Made by a program: the position numbers and the translations under genes. A stretch of DNA of 63,624 nucleotides from a virus (lineage: Duplodnaviria > Caudoviricetes), in the IMG/VR virus record IMGVR_UViG_3300001589_000008, positions 1 to 63,624 of that record. One strand, 5' to 3'. Below, one piece after another: positions 1 to 7,988 of this stretch (position 1 is its first letter; each line of letters starts with the position of its first letter). The notes under the pieces were generated by a model. The model was not told the DNA's origin. It saw only the letters and a program-made list of their open reading frames with translations, and made no database searches.

Positions 1-520
1 GCCCGCCTCGAGCATTCATTAAGTGTTCGTAAATTGCTGTTGGATATGCTCCAGGAGCACTTGGCTGAGCCACAACGTCCACTGTAATAATTTCAAAATC
101 CGATACATCACCGGAGTCTGTAACTTCACCAGAGCCCCTACTGGAAACACCAAGTTTTACTCCGCTATTAAGCATTGTTTCTACTAGTTTTCCCATAGGA
201 GTTGGTAATATTTTTAGTTTACCATAACCGTTAGCATCTTCCATCCACATTTCTGTGATCATGTGTGATACACGGTCTAGGTTAATATTAAGGCCTTCTG
301 GATGATCTACTTCCCCGAGTACACTGTATCCTCCTGTAACTTGATCGTTAAGAGTTTTGACAGCCCTACCAATTTCATTGACAGGATACACACGCTGATT
401 AGCATTGCGTACTCCGCCTTGGATGCAAATACCTTTCATAAAAAGGTCCTTGCCATCATTAGCAGTTTCTACGACGATCTTCGCCTGGTCGAATGTCAAG
501 TTCTCACGTAAGTTTAACAT
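1..520 (-). CDS. gp21: Prohead core protease (T4 gp21-like), runs off the window edge
   Basis: Missing from the ORF track. Manual translation from ATG at 520 gives MLNLRENLTFDQAKIV...MKGICIQGGVRNANQRVYP...LGEVDHP...LGVSSRGSG...TVDVVAQPSAPGAYP, the typical gp21 motifs. It follows the scaffold gene. Confidence 0.92.
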   Translation of the reverse strand, partial: MLNLRENLTFDQAKIVVETANDGKDLFMKGICIQGGVRNANQRVYPVNEIGRAVKTLNDQVTGGYSVLGEVDHPEGLNINLDRVSHMITEMWMEDANGYGKLKILPTPMGKLVETMLNSGVKLGVSSRGSGEVTDSGDVSDFEIITVDVVAQPSAPGAYPTAIYEHLMNARGG

Positions 521-530
521 CTAGTCTTCC

Positions 531-1553
531 TTATTTGCCGACAATTGATTTTTTATTGTCTGCTGTATCGCCTGCGCCTTTTTTCTCAGCACCGTGGCCT
601 TTTGACATTGGTTTCATTGCTTTCCCTGCTTTACCGCCTGGAACGTTTATGTTGCCCATGTTGTCTTCCTTAGGACTATTACCAGCTAAACCGCCAGCTG
701 TCCCACCTGGACCAGCTTCGCCACCTGCAACTATATTTGCTGAGGTACCGTCACCCATTTTGTTAGCGCCTGCTACTGTACTTTTTGCATTCGCGCCGTT
801 ATCGCCGCCAATTTTTTGTGCATCTAGTCCACCACCACTTACTTTTTCAACATACTCACGCATTTGTTCTGCTTCTGATTTATTAGCTTCGTCAACATCT
901 TCATCTGATGCTTCATCAACTTCTTCGTCAGTTGCTTCTTCCATGCCAAGATTGACACTCTCTTCTTCTGGAGCGTCTTCTTCTTCCTCGTCGTCACCGC
1001 CTTCGGAATCTTTATCGTCATCCTTTGAGTCCATGGAGTCTCCGCCCATTTCTGCATCAAATGCCGCTTTTAGTTTTTCTACTTCGTCTTGCAAATCACT
1101 AATGTCATCAGCCATGTCATCTGGTGAACCTGGCTCACCTTCGTCATCCATGCCCATTGGATCTTCTTCGCCTTTATCAGCGCCAATATCCATTGCCATG
1201 TCATCGCCTTGATCCATATCCATTGGATCTGCTTCAACTTCAAATTCGTCTAAATCAAAGTTTTCATCTAAGTCTTCATCTGACTCATCTACTTCTTCGT
1301 CTTTAGCTTCGTCGACTTCTTCATCATTTGATTCGTCTACTTCTTCGTCAGTTGCTTCATCTACTTCTTCATCTGTAGCTTCATCAACTTCTTCGTCAGT
1401 TGCTTCATCAACTTCGAGTTCGTCTTCTAATACTTTTTCGTAAATTTCTCTGGACTTTTCAACAACTATTTCGTGAAATAATTCTTCCGCGCCAGTACGG
1501 TCTTCGTTAACTAACTTTTCGAGCATTTCCTCGAACTTGTTACGATCTGCCAT
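531..1553 (-). CDS. Prohead core scaffolding protein (very acidic)
   Basis: 340 aa, Glu/Asp-rich with DEATDEEV repeats; lies between portal and prohead protease. Confidence 0.7.
   Translation of the reverse strand: MADRNKFEEMLEKLVNEDRTGAEELFHEIVVEKSREIYEKVLEDELEVDEATDEEVDEATDEEVDEATDEEVDESNDEEVDEAKDEEVDESDEDLDENFDLDEFEVEADPMDMDQGDDMAMDIGADKGEEDPMGMDDEGEPGSPDDMADDISDLQDEVEKLKAAFDAEMGGDSMDSKDDDKDSEGGDDEEEEDAPEEESVNLGMEEATDEEVDEASDEDVDEANKSEAEQMREYVEKVSGGGLDAQKIGGDNGANAKSTVAGANKMGDGTSANIVAGGEAGPGGTAGGLAGNSPKEDNMGNINVPGGKAGKAMKPMSKGHGAEKKGAGDTADNKKSIVGK
1264..1414 (-). repeat. ~24-bp tandem repeat encoding (V)DEATDEE units
   Basis: About six imperfect copies: EVDEATDEEVDEATDEEVDEATDEEVDESNDEEVDEAKDEEVDESDEDLDE. 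Confidence 0.85.
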
Positions 1554-1604
1554 TTTCTTTCTCCTAATGAAATGTTATGTTACCTAAGGTTAGGCTGTCA
1601 GTTG

Positions 1605-1610
1605 TATTTA
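1605..1610 (-). promoter_or_regulatory. T4-type late promoter core TAAATA upstream of scaffold/protease
   Basis: TATTTA on the + strand in the intergenic gap; the same motif precedes most structural operons here. Confidence 0.65.
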
Positions 1611-1652
1611 CTCAATGTACGAAATATGGGTGTATAATAGGCTCAAAATGAG

Positions 1653-2261
1653 TCATTTTGAAATATAAGCAGAGATATTAAAGGATTTAGCAAAATCTCC
1701 AATGGCAATATGACTTAAATTAGCAAAATTTGCAAATGGTTCTGGTATGTAAGAATCCTTATTCTCTAACACTCTTATATATCTCTTTTGAGGAGATTTC
1801 TGGATTACACTACAAGTTTGACGTAACCAATTGCCATAATATGTTGCTCCGTCGTCCTCTCTTTTATAGTTTGCTGTACTTGAATATATATTATTCACCC
1901 TTTTATGTTCAGGTCCTATGCCTCTATAATCAAATCCCAATATGTATATTACAGAATGGTCGTGTATTGCCGCAAGATGTAATGCTGTTGGACCACTACT
2001 CCATCCCATACTCGGATCAAAGTAATTAAAACTTGTATAAGGTTCAAATGCTTTATTGTAATTTGTCCATACTTGGTTAGTATGATGATATCTACTCATA
2101 TTAATTTCATGGATCATTTTAATATCCACAGCAACTAAGTAGTCAACAGTAGTTTCTCTATATACTGCATTACATGCATATAAAGTTCCGTATTTTTTTA
2201 ATGGGTCTATTGGGATAGATTGACGACTAGTGCCATTACCTAGTACAAAAGCTATACTCAA
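1653..2261 (-). CDS. Hypothetical protein, possible GT29/Maf (DUF115)-like transferase fold
   Basis: Motifs VLGNGTSR, ACNAVY...DYLVAVD and SSGPTALHLA...IYILGFDY resemble the sialyltransferase/Maf-like pattern. Confidence 0.5.
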   Translation of the reverse strand: MSIAFVLGNGTSRQSIPIDPLKKYGTLYACNAVYRETTVDYLVAVDIKMIHEINMSRYHHTNQVWTNYNKAFEPYTSFNYFDPSMGWSSGPTALHLAAIHDHSVIYILGFDYRGIGPEHKRVNNIYSSTANYKREDDGATYYGNWLRQTCSVIQKSPQKRYIRVLENKDSYIPEPFANFANLSHIAIGDFAKSFNISAYISK

Positions 2262-2264
2262 TTA

Positions 2265-2513
2265 TCATACTCCACCGGCCTCTGCATCAGCCTTTATGCC
2301 ATACATTTGTCTAACAAACAAGAGTTCTTTCTCTTGCTCTTCTGTATGTAGCTCTGCGGCTTTTCTTGCACGGTTTATCTGGCGAAGTGTTAACTTAGTT
2401 TTACGTGTATCATCTAGATCTACCGGAGATTGATCTAGCTCAGGCTCATAACGTTTGTCATCCACTGGTTCTAAAGTTTCTTTATCAAAATAAAATAGTT
2501 CACGTAGTATCAT
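2265..2513 (-). CDS. Small head-region hypothetical protein
   Basis: 82 aa directly after the portal, preceded by a TATAAATA late promoter. Confidence 0.75.
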   Translation of the reverse strand: MILRELFYFDKETLEPVDDKRYEPELDQSPVDLDDTRKTKLTLRQINRARKAAELHTEEQEKELLFVRQMYGIKADAEAGGV

Positions 2514-2518
2514 AGTAG

Positions 2519-2526
2519 TATTTATA
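2519..2526 (-). promoter_or_regulatory. Late promoter TATAAATA overlapping the portal stop codon
   Basis: Exact T4 late consensus 5 nt upstream of the ATG at 2513. Confidence 0.7.
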
Positions 2527-4267
2527 CAGTTACGTCAGTATTACCTTCAGCTCCCGCATCTCCTCCAGTTGGTAGTTCTGCACCAGCATCAGCTGTACCT
2601 CCTTCGATAGGACCCTCAGCATCAGGTGCTTCGTCTTCCATGCCGCCAATATCTCCAGCAATTCCTGCACCGCTAATACCAGCGCCTCTCATTTCGCCTT
2701 CTGCATCAGCTGGCATTGGATCTAAAGTTTCATCGTTTTCTTCACGCCATAAACGTTCATTTTCTGCAACTTCTTCTGCCGACATTCCTAAAAATCTTTT
2801 CATCGCAAATCTATTTGAAATATATGGTATAGCAACCATCTGTGTAAATGTTGGAATACGTGCATTATCAATTTCAGATTGTCTATAACTTGCAAAGTTT
2901 TGTGGTGGTTGGAATCTTAAATCAAACATTGCTGTATCAATATTAATTCCTTTTTCTAATACATAACGTTTAAATTCTTGATTTAGTTCCTCTACAACTA
3001 AATTTTGTAATCTTTCGCAATACGTATTAAATCTTAATTCTTGTATATATGCTGTTCCTACTCTTCCGTCGTTGTATTGTGCGGCTGAATCATCTGCACC
3101 AGTAGGTAGATAGCTTGAAGGAATACGCAACCCACGAACCAACTTGTTAGTAAAGTATCTAAGGTCATCAATTTCTCCTAGGTTAGTACCACCAGGTAAT
3201 GTTTCTACCTTAGATCCACGACCTTCAGCAGTTTGTGGAAAGAAATAATCTTCATTAATTGATAAAGGATTGTAACTACTGTCTATAACATTAGTGCCTC
3301 CGCCTGTACTACTTGGGATCCTGCGTTGGTGGATCTCAGTTTTTACACGCTCAACAAATTGCATCGCTAAGTGCGATGGCATATTGCCGACATCTACATA
3401 GAACACCCTGCGTTCTGGAGCACGTTGTACCCTGTAGATGATAATAGCATCCTCTAGTAATTCTTTTTGTTTATATACTTTAAATATAGTTTCTAATAAA
3501 CTATTACCAAACGGATAATTTTGATCTAGTCCTTCACTTAAACTTAAATGTACAATATTATCTGCATCAACCGAAATTTCTCCGTCTTCAGTACTAAATC
3601 GTGATCCTGATTGTTGTGGAGCATTTCCTACCATACCTCTAACACCACCAGCTGGTTGATAGTTTCCACCACCGCCGTTTATATTTCCACTTGTTACATG
3701 TGGAGTAGTAGCAACCATATCCTTAAAGTTTAAATTAAAGTTTTTAATAACATATTGCTCTGGAGTTTTTCCTTCGCTTTCGTTTACAATAATTCTGTTA
3801 ACATTTGCACCGTCTACATGGAATAGTTTTTTAGTTTCTGGATCTCTAATAAAAAATTGATCACCATACTTAAAACAGTTCCTTAGTATTCTAAACATAC
3901 GTGTTTCAAATTTGTTTAACTTACACCATTGCTGTAGATATTGCTGTATGATAGTAGTTTCTGTATTTGTAGATTTCTTTTTGAAGTCTATAGTAAATGG
4001 GGTTCTATTCTGTGAATTTTGCTGTGAACAGAATTCTGCTAAGATATCAAGAGCCGCATTAACTTCTGAATCCATATCCATAGTGTTATACTGCCCATAA
4101 CGTTCAACTCTATTTGGGCTACCTACATAAACATCAGGTAAGTATGAACTATAATTAGTTCTTGCTGGACCTGGATTTCCGCCACCTCTTCCGCCACCTA
4201 ACGGCGAGTAGCTTCCTCCCATGTTATCACCTGTTTGAACAGGTGTAAAATATTTCTTCCAACTCAT
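2522..4267 (-). CDS. gp20: Portal vertex protein (T4 gp20-like)
   Basis: LLEDAIIIYRVQRAPERRVFYVDVGNMP, EDYFFP...GRGSKVETLPGGTNLGEIDDLRYF and LRIPSSYL are hallmark gp20 motifs. Confidence 0.96.
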   Translation of the reverse strand: MSWKKYFTPVQTGDNMGGSYSPLGGGRGGGNPGPARTNYSSYLPDVYVGSPNRVERYGQYNTMDMDSEVNAALDILAEFCSQQNSQNRTPFTIDFKKKSTNTETTIIQQYLQQWCKLNKFETRMFRILRNCFKYGDQFFIRDPETKKLFHVDGANVNRIIVNESEGKTPEQYVIKNFNLNFKDMVATTPHVTSGNINGGGGNYQPAGGVRGMVGNAPQQSGSRFSTEDGEISVDADNIVHLSLSEGLDQNYPFGNSLLETIFKVYKQKELLEDAIIIYRVQRAPERRVFYVDVGNMPSHLAMQFVERVKTEIHQRRIPSSTGGGTNVIDSSYNPLSINEDYFFPQTAEGRGSKVETLPGGTNLGEIDDLRYFTNKLVRGLRIPSSYLPTGADDSAAQYNDGRVGTAYIQELRFNTYCERLQNLVVEELNQEFKRYVLEKGINIDTAMFDLRFQPPQNFASYRQSEIDNARIPTFTQMVAIPYISNRFAMKRFLGMSAEEVAENERLWREENDETLDPMPADAEGEMRGAGISGAGIAGDIGGMEDEAPDAEGPIEGGTADAGAELPTGGDAGAEGNTDVTV

Positions 4268-4276
4268 ATAATTTTC

Positions 4277-6793
4277 CTAATTATAGTCACCACTTAAACT
4301 TCTGTAACCTTGTTTGTTTATAACATTACCTAAACGTAGTACTTCTAAGATACTTGCATTAGTAGTATTTAACATCGTAAGCTGATCTGAGCTACCCGAT
4401 CCGGACCCGCTACCTCCCGGTAATTTAGTATTACCAGCATTATCGCCTTTATAAAAAGGTAACCAACTATTATCTTTAGTCAATTCATCATTAATTTTTC
4501 CAAGAGCATCGCCCAACCGTTCCATTTGCTTTGCGTATTCTTTTAACCCACTAGCATCTAAATCATCACCAAACTTTGATAAACCTTCTAATGCAGTACC
4601 ACTTAGTTTTACATTGTCAATAGCTGTTGCATCAATACCTTTAAATTTATTTAAACCTTCAACAATTTTATCAAAAGGTGAATCAGCACCAAAGAAACTA
4701 GTAATACTATCTAGTACCCCACCAGCAGTAAGTGATATTAGTGCAGGTCCTAGTAATCCAAGTGATGTAGAAATTTCTGCAAAGTTTGCCGCGCCTTTCA
4801 TGTTAGCCATTTTTTCAACACCTGCGGCAATCTTTTCAACACCGTCTCCGGCCAATGAAATACCTTTTCCTGCAAGTGTTATTGCGGCGCCAGTACCAAT
4901 AAGCATAGCTGTAAATACTGCGGCACCAATTGCTACTGGTCCGTTTGCAAACATTTTTAATATTGTAGTAAATGCTTTAAATCCTAGATATACAACACCA
5001 CCAGCCGCAAGCATTGCACCTAATCCAGCTAGTCCAGCGCCTATTGTTGCTCCTGCAATCATTTTAAGTATGTCACCAAGTGCTGTAAAGCCGTTATCGG
5101 CAGCCATATCTGCACCATTTCCACCACCACCTGGTGGTCCTTCTTGTTTTACAGCCTTTTTACCAAATATAGCATCCATAGCCATTTGTTTTAATCCACT
5201 AAGTGCTGAACTAATATGAGGTTTCATTAGTTCTCCTAGTTTTGATAATCCTTTTGACAAATATACTCCTATGGTTTCCATAAGATTACCTTTTTCAAAT
5301 GCTGTAACAAGTCCTTTTAGGTGTTTGGAAAATGTATCAACATACCCTTGTACAACAACCATATCAAATCCACTTAGTGCATCTCCAACTGATACTAAAG
5401 CATCTTCAACTGTAGCAAACACTCCTGATTTTATTAATGCATCTGTTATCTTATTCTTAAGTTTTTGAATTTCTGTACTAAACGCTGTTAGTTTATCTCT
5501 TCTATCTTTAGCCGCCTTTTCTTCTTTTTTTCTAGCGGCTTCTGCTTCTTTATCAGCTGCCGTCATCTTTTTCACACTTAAATCAACGGCTGTGCCAATA
5601 GTATTAAGTTTTTCTGCAAGCTCGTTACCTTGCTTAGCCGAAACAGCCAAGTTCTTCTTAACTGCATCTGGCATAGCGTTGTACGCTACTTGAGCATCAG
5701 ACATTGCCTTATCAAATGCTTCTTGTGAAATTGTGCCTTTTTTCAGTTGTTCAACCATAGTACCTAGTTCAGGATTTAATTTTAATAAGGCCTTACCCAT
5801 CATAGTTGTTGGAACACCGTTAGTGACTACCATATCAGCAAGAGCATCACCAATCTCTTTATTTTTAGCAGTATAAAATGCTACAGTATTTCTTACTGCT
5901 TCTTCTTGTTTTCCTAATGTTTTTACATATGCTTCAAAGTTTACGTCTGCAGATCTAGCATCCATTTGATCAGCAAGTTCTCTTCTTGACTTACCTGTTA
6001 ACTTAGACAGTCTATCAAGTTCTAGTACGTATGCTCTAGCACCGTCAGTTTGTTGCTTTGAAGTCATTTGTTGAAATCTAGCACCTCTAGCCTGAATCTT
6101 CATGTAGTCGGCGGTAAACTCGCCCACTTCAGACATTGTTAATCCTAAGCTAGTAAATTGAGACGAATTTTTTGCTAGGGTAGCTTGTAGTTTACCAAAT
6201 TGTCTTACACCGGCGCCGCCGTTCATATTTAAACTTGCAAACACTTCTGAACTATTCATAACAATGCTTTTAAAGCTATCCATATCCATAGCAGTTGAGG
6301 CCGCAATTTTTCTAAATTCTTGTAAGCCTCCACCTACATCAACACCTACTGCTGACAACTCTCTAAAGTCTTCAATTTGATTATCTATTGTAGATACTAA
6401 TAACTGTCCAATAGACGCTAATGGTCCACCAAAAATAGGTATTGCACTAGCCGCACCTGCAATGTGACTAGTAAAGTCACTAATCTTAGTTCCACCAGTT
6501 AATAACTCCCCAGCTAACCCTTTAGCCGCACCAAATACTTGGCCAATACCTCGAGATAATGCATTACCTGCATTATCAGCTGACTCTTCTAATTCGTCTA
6601 ATTCTTTAGATGTTTTTCCAGTTTGTTTAGCTAGGTCTAATAGAGAGTCTTTAGCACCTCCGGCACCTCCGGCTCCTCCTCCACCACCGCCGCCCTGTTG
6701 CATAGCTTTAAGTAGCTGTTTTAAAGTTGCTTCGGTGGCCGCGTTCTCGAGGTTTACTTCCTCTTGACCAATAGTACCTGTAACTTCTGCCAT
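4277..6793 (-). CDS. Probable tail tape measure protein
   Basis: 838 aa, Ala/Gly/Leu-rich helical sequence with hydrophobic stretches; N-terminal NAATEATL motif; divergent from the gp26-like gene. Confidence 0.7.
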   Translation of the reverse strand: MAEVTGTIGQEEVNLENAATEATLKQLLKAMQQGGGGGGGAGGAGGAKDSLLDLAKQTGKTSKELDELEESADNAGNALSRGIGQVFGAAKGLAGELLTGGTKISDFTSHIAGAASAIPIFGGPLASIGQLLVSTIDNQIEDFRELSAVGVDVGGGLQEFRKIAASTAMDMDSFKSIVMNSSEVFASLNMNGGAGVRQFGKLQATLAKNSSQFTSLGLTMSEVGEFTADYMKIQARGARFQQMTSKQQTDGARAYVLELDRLSKLTGKSRRELADQMDARSADVNFEAYVKTLGKQEEAVRNTVAFYTAKNKEIGDALADMVVTNGVPTTMMGKALLKLNPELGTMVEQLKKGTISQEAFDKAMSDAQVAYNAMPDAVKKNLAVSAKQGNELAEKLNTIGTAVDLSVKKMTAADKEAEAARKKEEKAAKDRRDKLTAFSTEIQKLKNKITDALIKSGVFATVEDALVSVGDALSGFDMVVVQGYVDTFSKHLKGLVTAFEKGNLMETIGVYLSKGLSKLGELMKPHISSALSGLKQMAMDAIFGKKAVKQEGPPGGGGNGADMAADNGFTALGDILKMIAGATIGAGLAGLGAMLAAGGVVYLGFKAFTTILKMFANGPVAIGAAVFTAMLIGTGAAITLAGKGISLAGDGVEKIAAGVEKMANMKGAANFAEISTSLGLLGPALISLTAGGVLDSITSFFGADSPFDKIVEGLNKFKGIDATAIDNVKLSGTALEGLSKFGDDLDASGLKEYAKQMERLGDALGKINDELTKDNSWLPFYKGDNAGNTKLPGGSGSGSGSSDQLTMLNTTNASILEVLRLGNVINKQGYRSLSGDYN

Positions 6794-6819
6794 AAATTAT
6801 CAATCCTATTAAGTACGCA

Positions 6820-6859
6820 CATAAATATAAAAGATACATACTTGTATAATGTATTTATA
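6820..6859. promoter_or_regulatory. Pair of crossed late promoters (CATAAATA on +, TATAAATA on -)
   Basis: + strand TAAATA at 6822-6827 points to gp26; - strand TATAAATA at 6852-6859 points to the tape measure gene. Confidence 0.6.
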
Positions 6860-6870
6860 CGGAGAAAAAC

Positions 6871-7764
6871 ATGATTGAAAATAATGCGCCGGGCGTAACA
6901 CAAATAACTGCTACAGGTGCTAACCCTTTAAAGAAATACTTTAGACAACCTAAATTATATATTACGTTGCCTAGCAAAGGTAGTTGGTATCCGTCAGGAT
7001 CAATTGCAATGTCTGAAAATAACGAACTACCAGTGTTTCCAATGACAGCTAAAGATGAATTAACTTTAAAAACACCAGATGCACTACTTAACGGAGCGGC
7101 AACTGTTGAAATTATACAAAGTTGTATTCCAAATATTAAAGATGCGTGGTTAATGCCTAGTATTGATGTTGATGCATGTTTAATTGCAATACGTATTGCA
7201 TCTTATGGTGAGCAAATGGATCTTACAATTACACCACCAGGCACTAACGAAGAAAAAGTATTTGGTTTAGATCTTAGACAGCTATTAGAAACTATGGGTC
7301 AATTTAATTTTGTTGAAGATGTTCCAATGAAATCTAAAGATTTTCAAGTCAAAGTTAGACCTGTAACTTACAAAGAATTTACAGCCGCATCGTTGTCTAC
7401 GTTTGAAGAACAAAGAATGTTTACTATTGTTAATGATGCTGAAATGCAACAAGAAGAAAAACTTGAAAAGTTTGGACAAACTTTTACTAAACTTAGAGAT
7501 CTTACAGTTGGTATTATTACTGATAGTATTGTATCAATTACTGTTGAAGATAATGTAGTAACTGATAGATCACATATTACTGACTTCATTAGTAATTCTG
7601 ATAAAGAAGTATTTAAAGATATTACAGATCATATTGAAATACAAAAAGAAAACTTTGCTGTTAAACCAATGACAGTTAATTCAGACCCGGAGCAAATTGC
7701 TAATGGCGCACCAGAGACTTACGAAGTGCCCATTGTATTTGATCAAGCAAGTTTTTTCGGATAA
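6871..7764 (+). CDS. gp26: Baseplate hub assembly protein (T4 gp26-like)
   Basis: NPLKKYFRQPKLYITLPSKG...PMTAKDEL...IAIRIASYGE and C-terminal SFFG, typical of gp26 homologues. Confidence 0.8.
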   Translation: MIENNAPGVTQITATGANPLKKYFRQPKLYITLPSKGSWYPSGSIAMSENNELPVFPMTAKDELTLKTPDALLNGAATVEIIQSCIPNIKDAWLMPSIDVDACLIAIRIASYGEQMDLTITPPGTNEEKVFGLDLRQLLETMGQFNFVEDVPMKSKDFQVKVRPVTYKEFTAASLSTFEEQRMFTIVNDAEMQQEEKLEKFGQTFTKLRDLTVGIITDSIVSITVEDNVVTDRSHITDFISNSDKEVFKDITDHIEIQKENFAVKPMTVNSDPEQIANGAPETYEVPIVFDQASFFG

Positions 7765-7988
7765 GGATCATCAACTGGTCAATTGACGAGATCCTAAGAG
7801 AAGTAGATGACCTAAAAGGACAAGCAAAAGAATTCCGGCATTCAATCTTAAAATTGATGTGGTATATGCGAGGTAGTATTAGTATGGACGAGGCATTTAT
7901 GCTTAGTCACGAAGATCGAAGTCTTATCAATGACATTGTTAAAGAAAATTACGAAGATACTAAAAAGTCCGGATTACCGTTAATTTAA
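7752..7988 (+). CDS. gp51-like hub assembly chaperone ORF, open from the -1 frame of the gp26 end (possible independent ATG at 7857)
   Basis: Missing from the ORF track. Translation: FFRIRIINWSIDEILREVDDLKGQAKEFRHSILKLMWYMRGSISMDEAFMLSHEDRSLINDIVKENYEDTKKSGLPLI*. Confidence 0.7.
   Translation, partial: FFRIRIINWSIDEILREVDDLKGQAKEFRHSILKLMWYMRGSISMDEAFMLSHEDRSLINDIVKENYEDTKKSGLPLI

Noticed and set aside
493-1212. 239-aa Ser/Pro-rich + strand ORF, and other antisense ORFs in the track (e.g. 4614-5219, 46192-46863, 62446-62997)
   Set aside because: These are shadows of real genes on the opposite strand, with no independent SD, promoter or recognisable motifs.
1264-1414. CRISPR-like periodic repeats
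   Set aside because: These are in-frame coding repeats without unique spacers; the same holds for 27793-27885.
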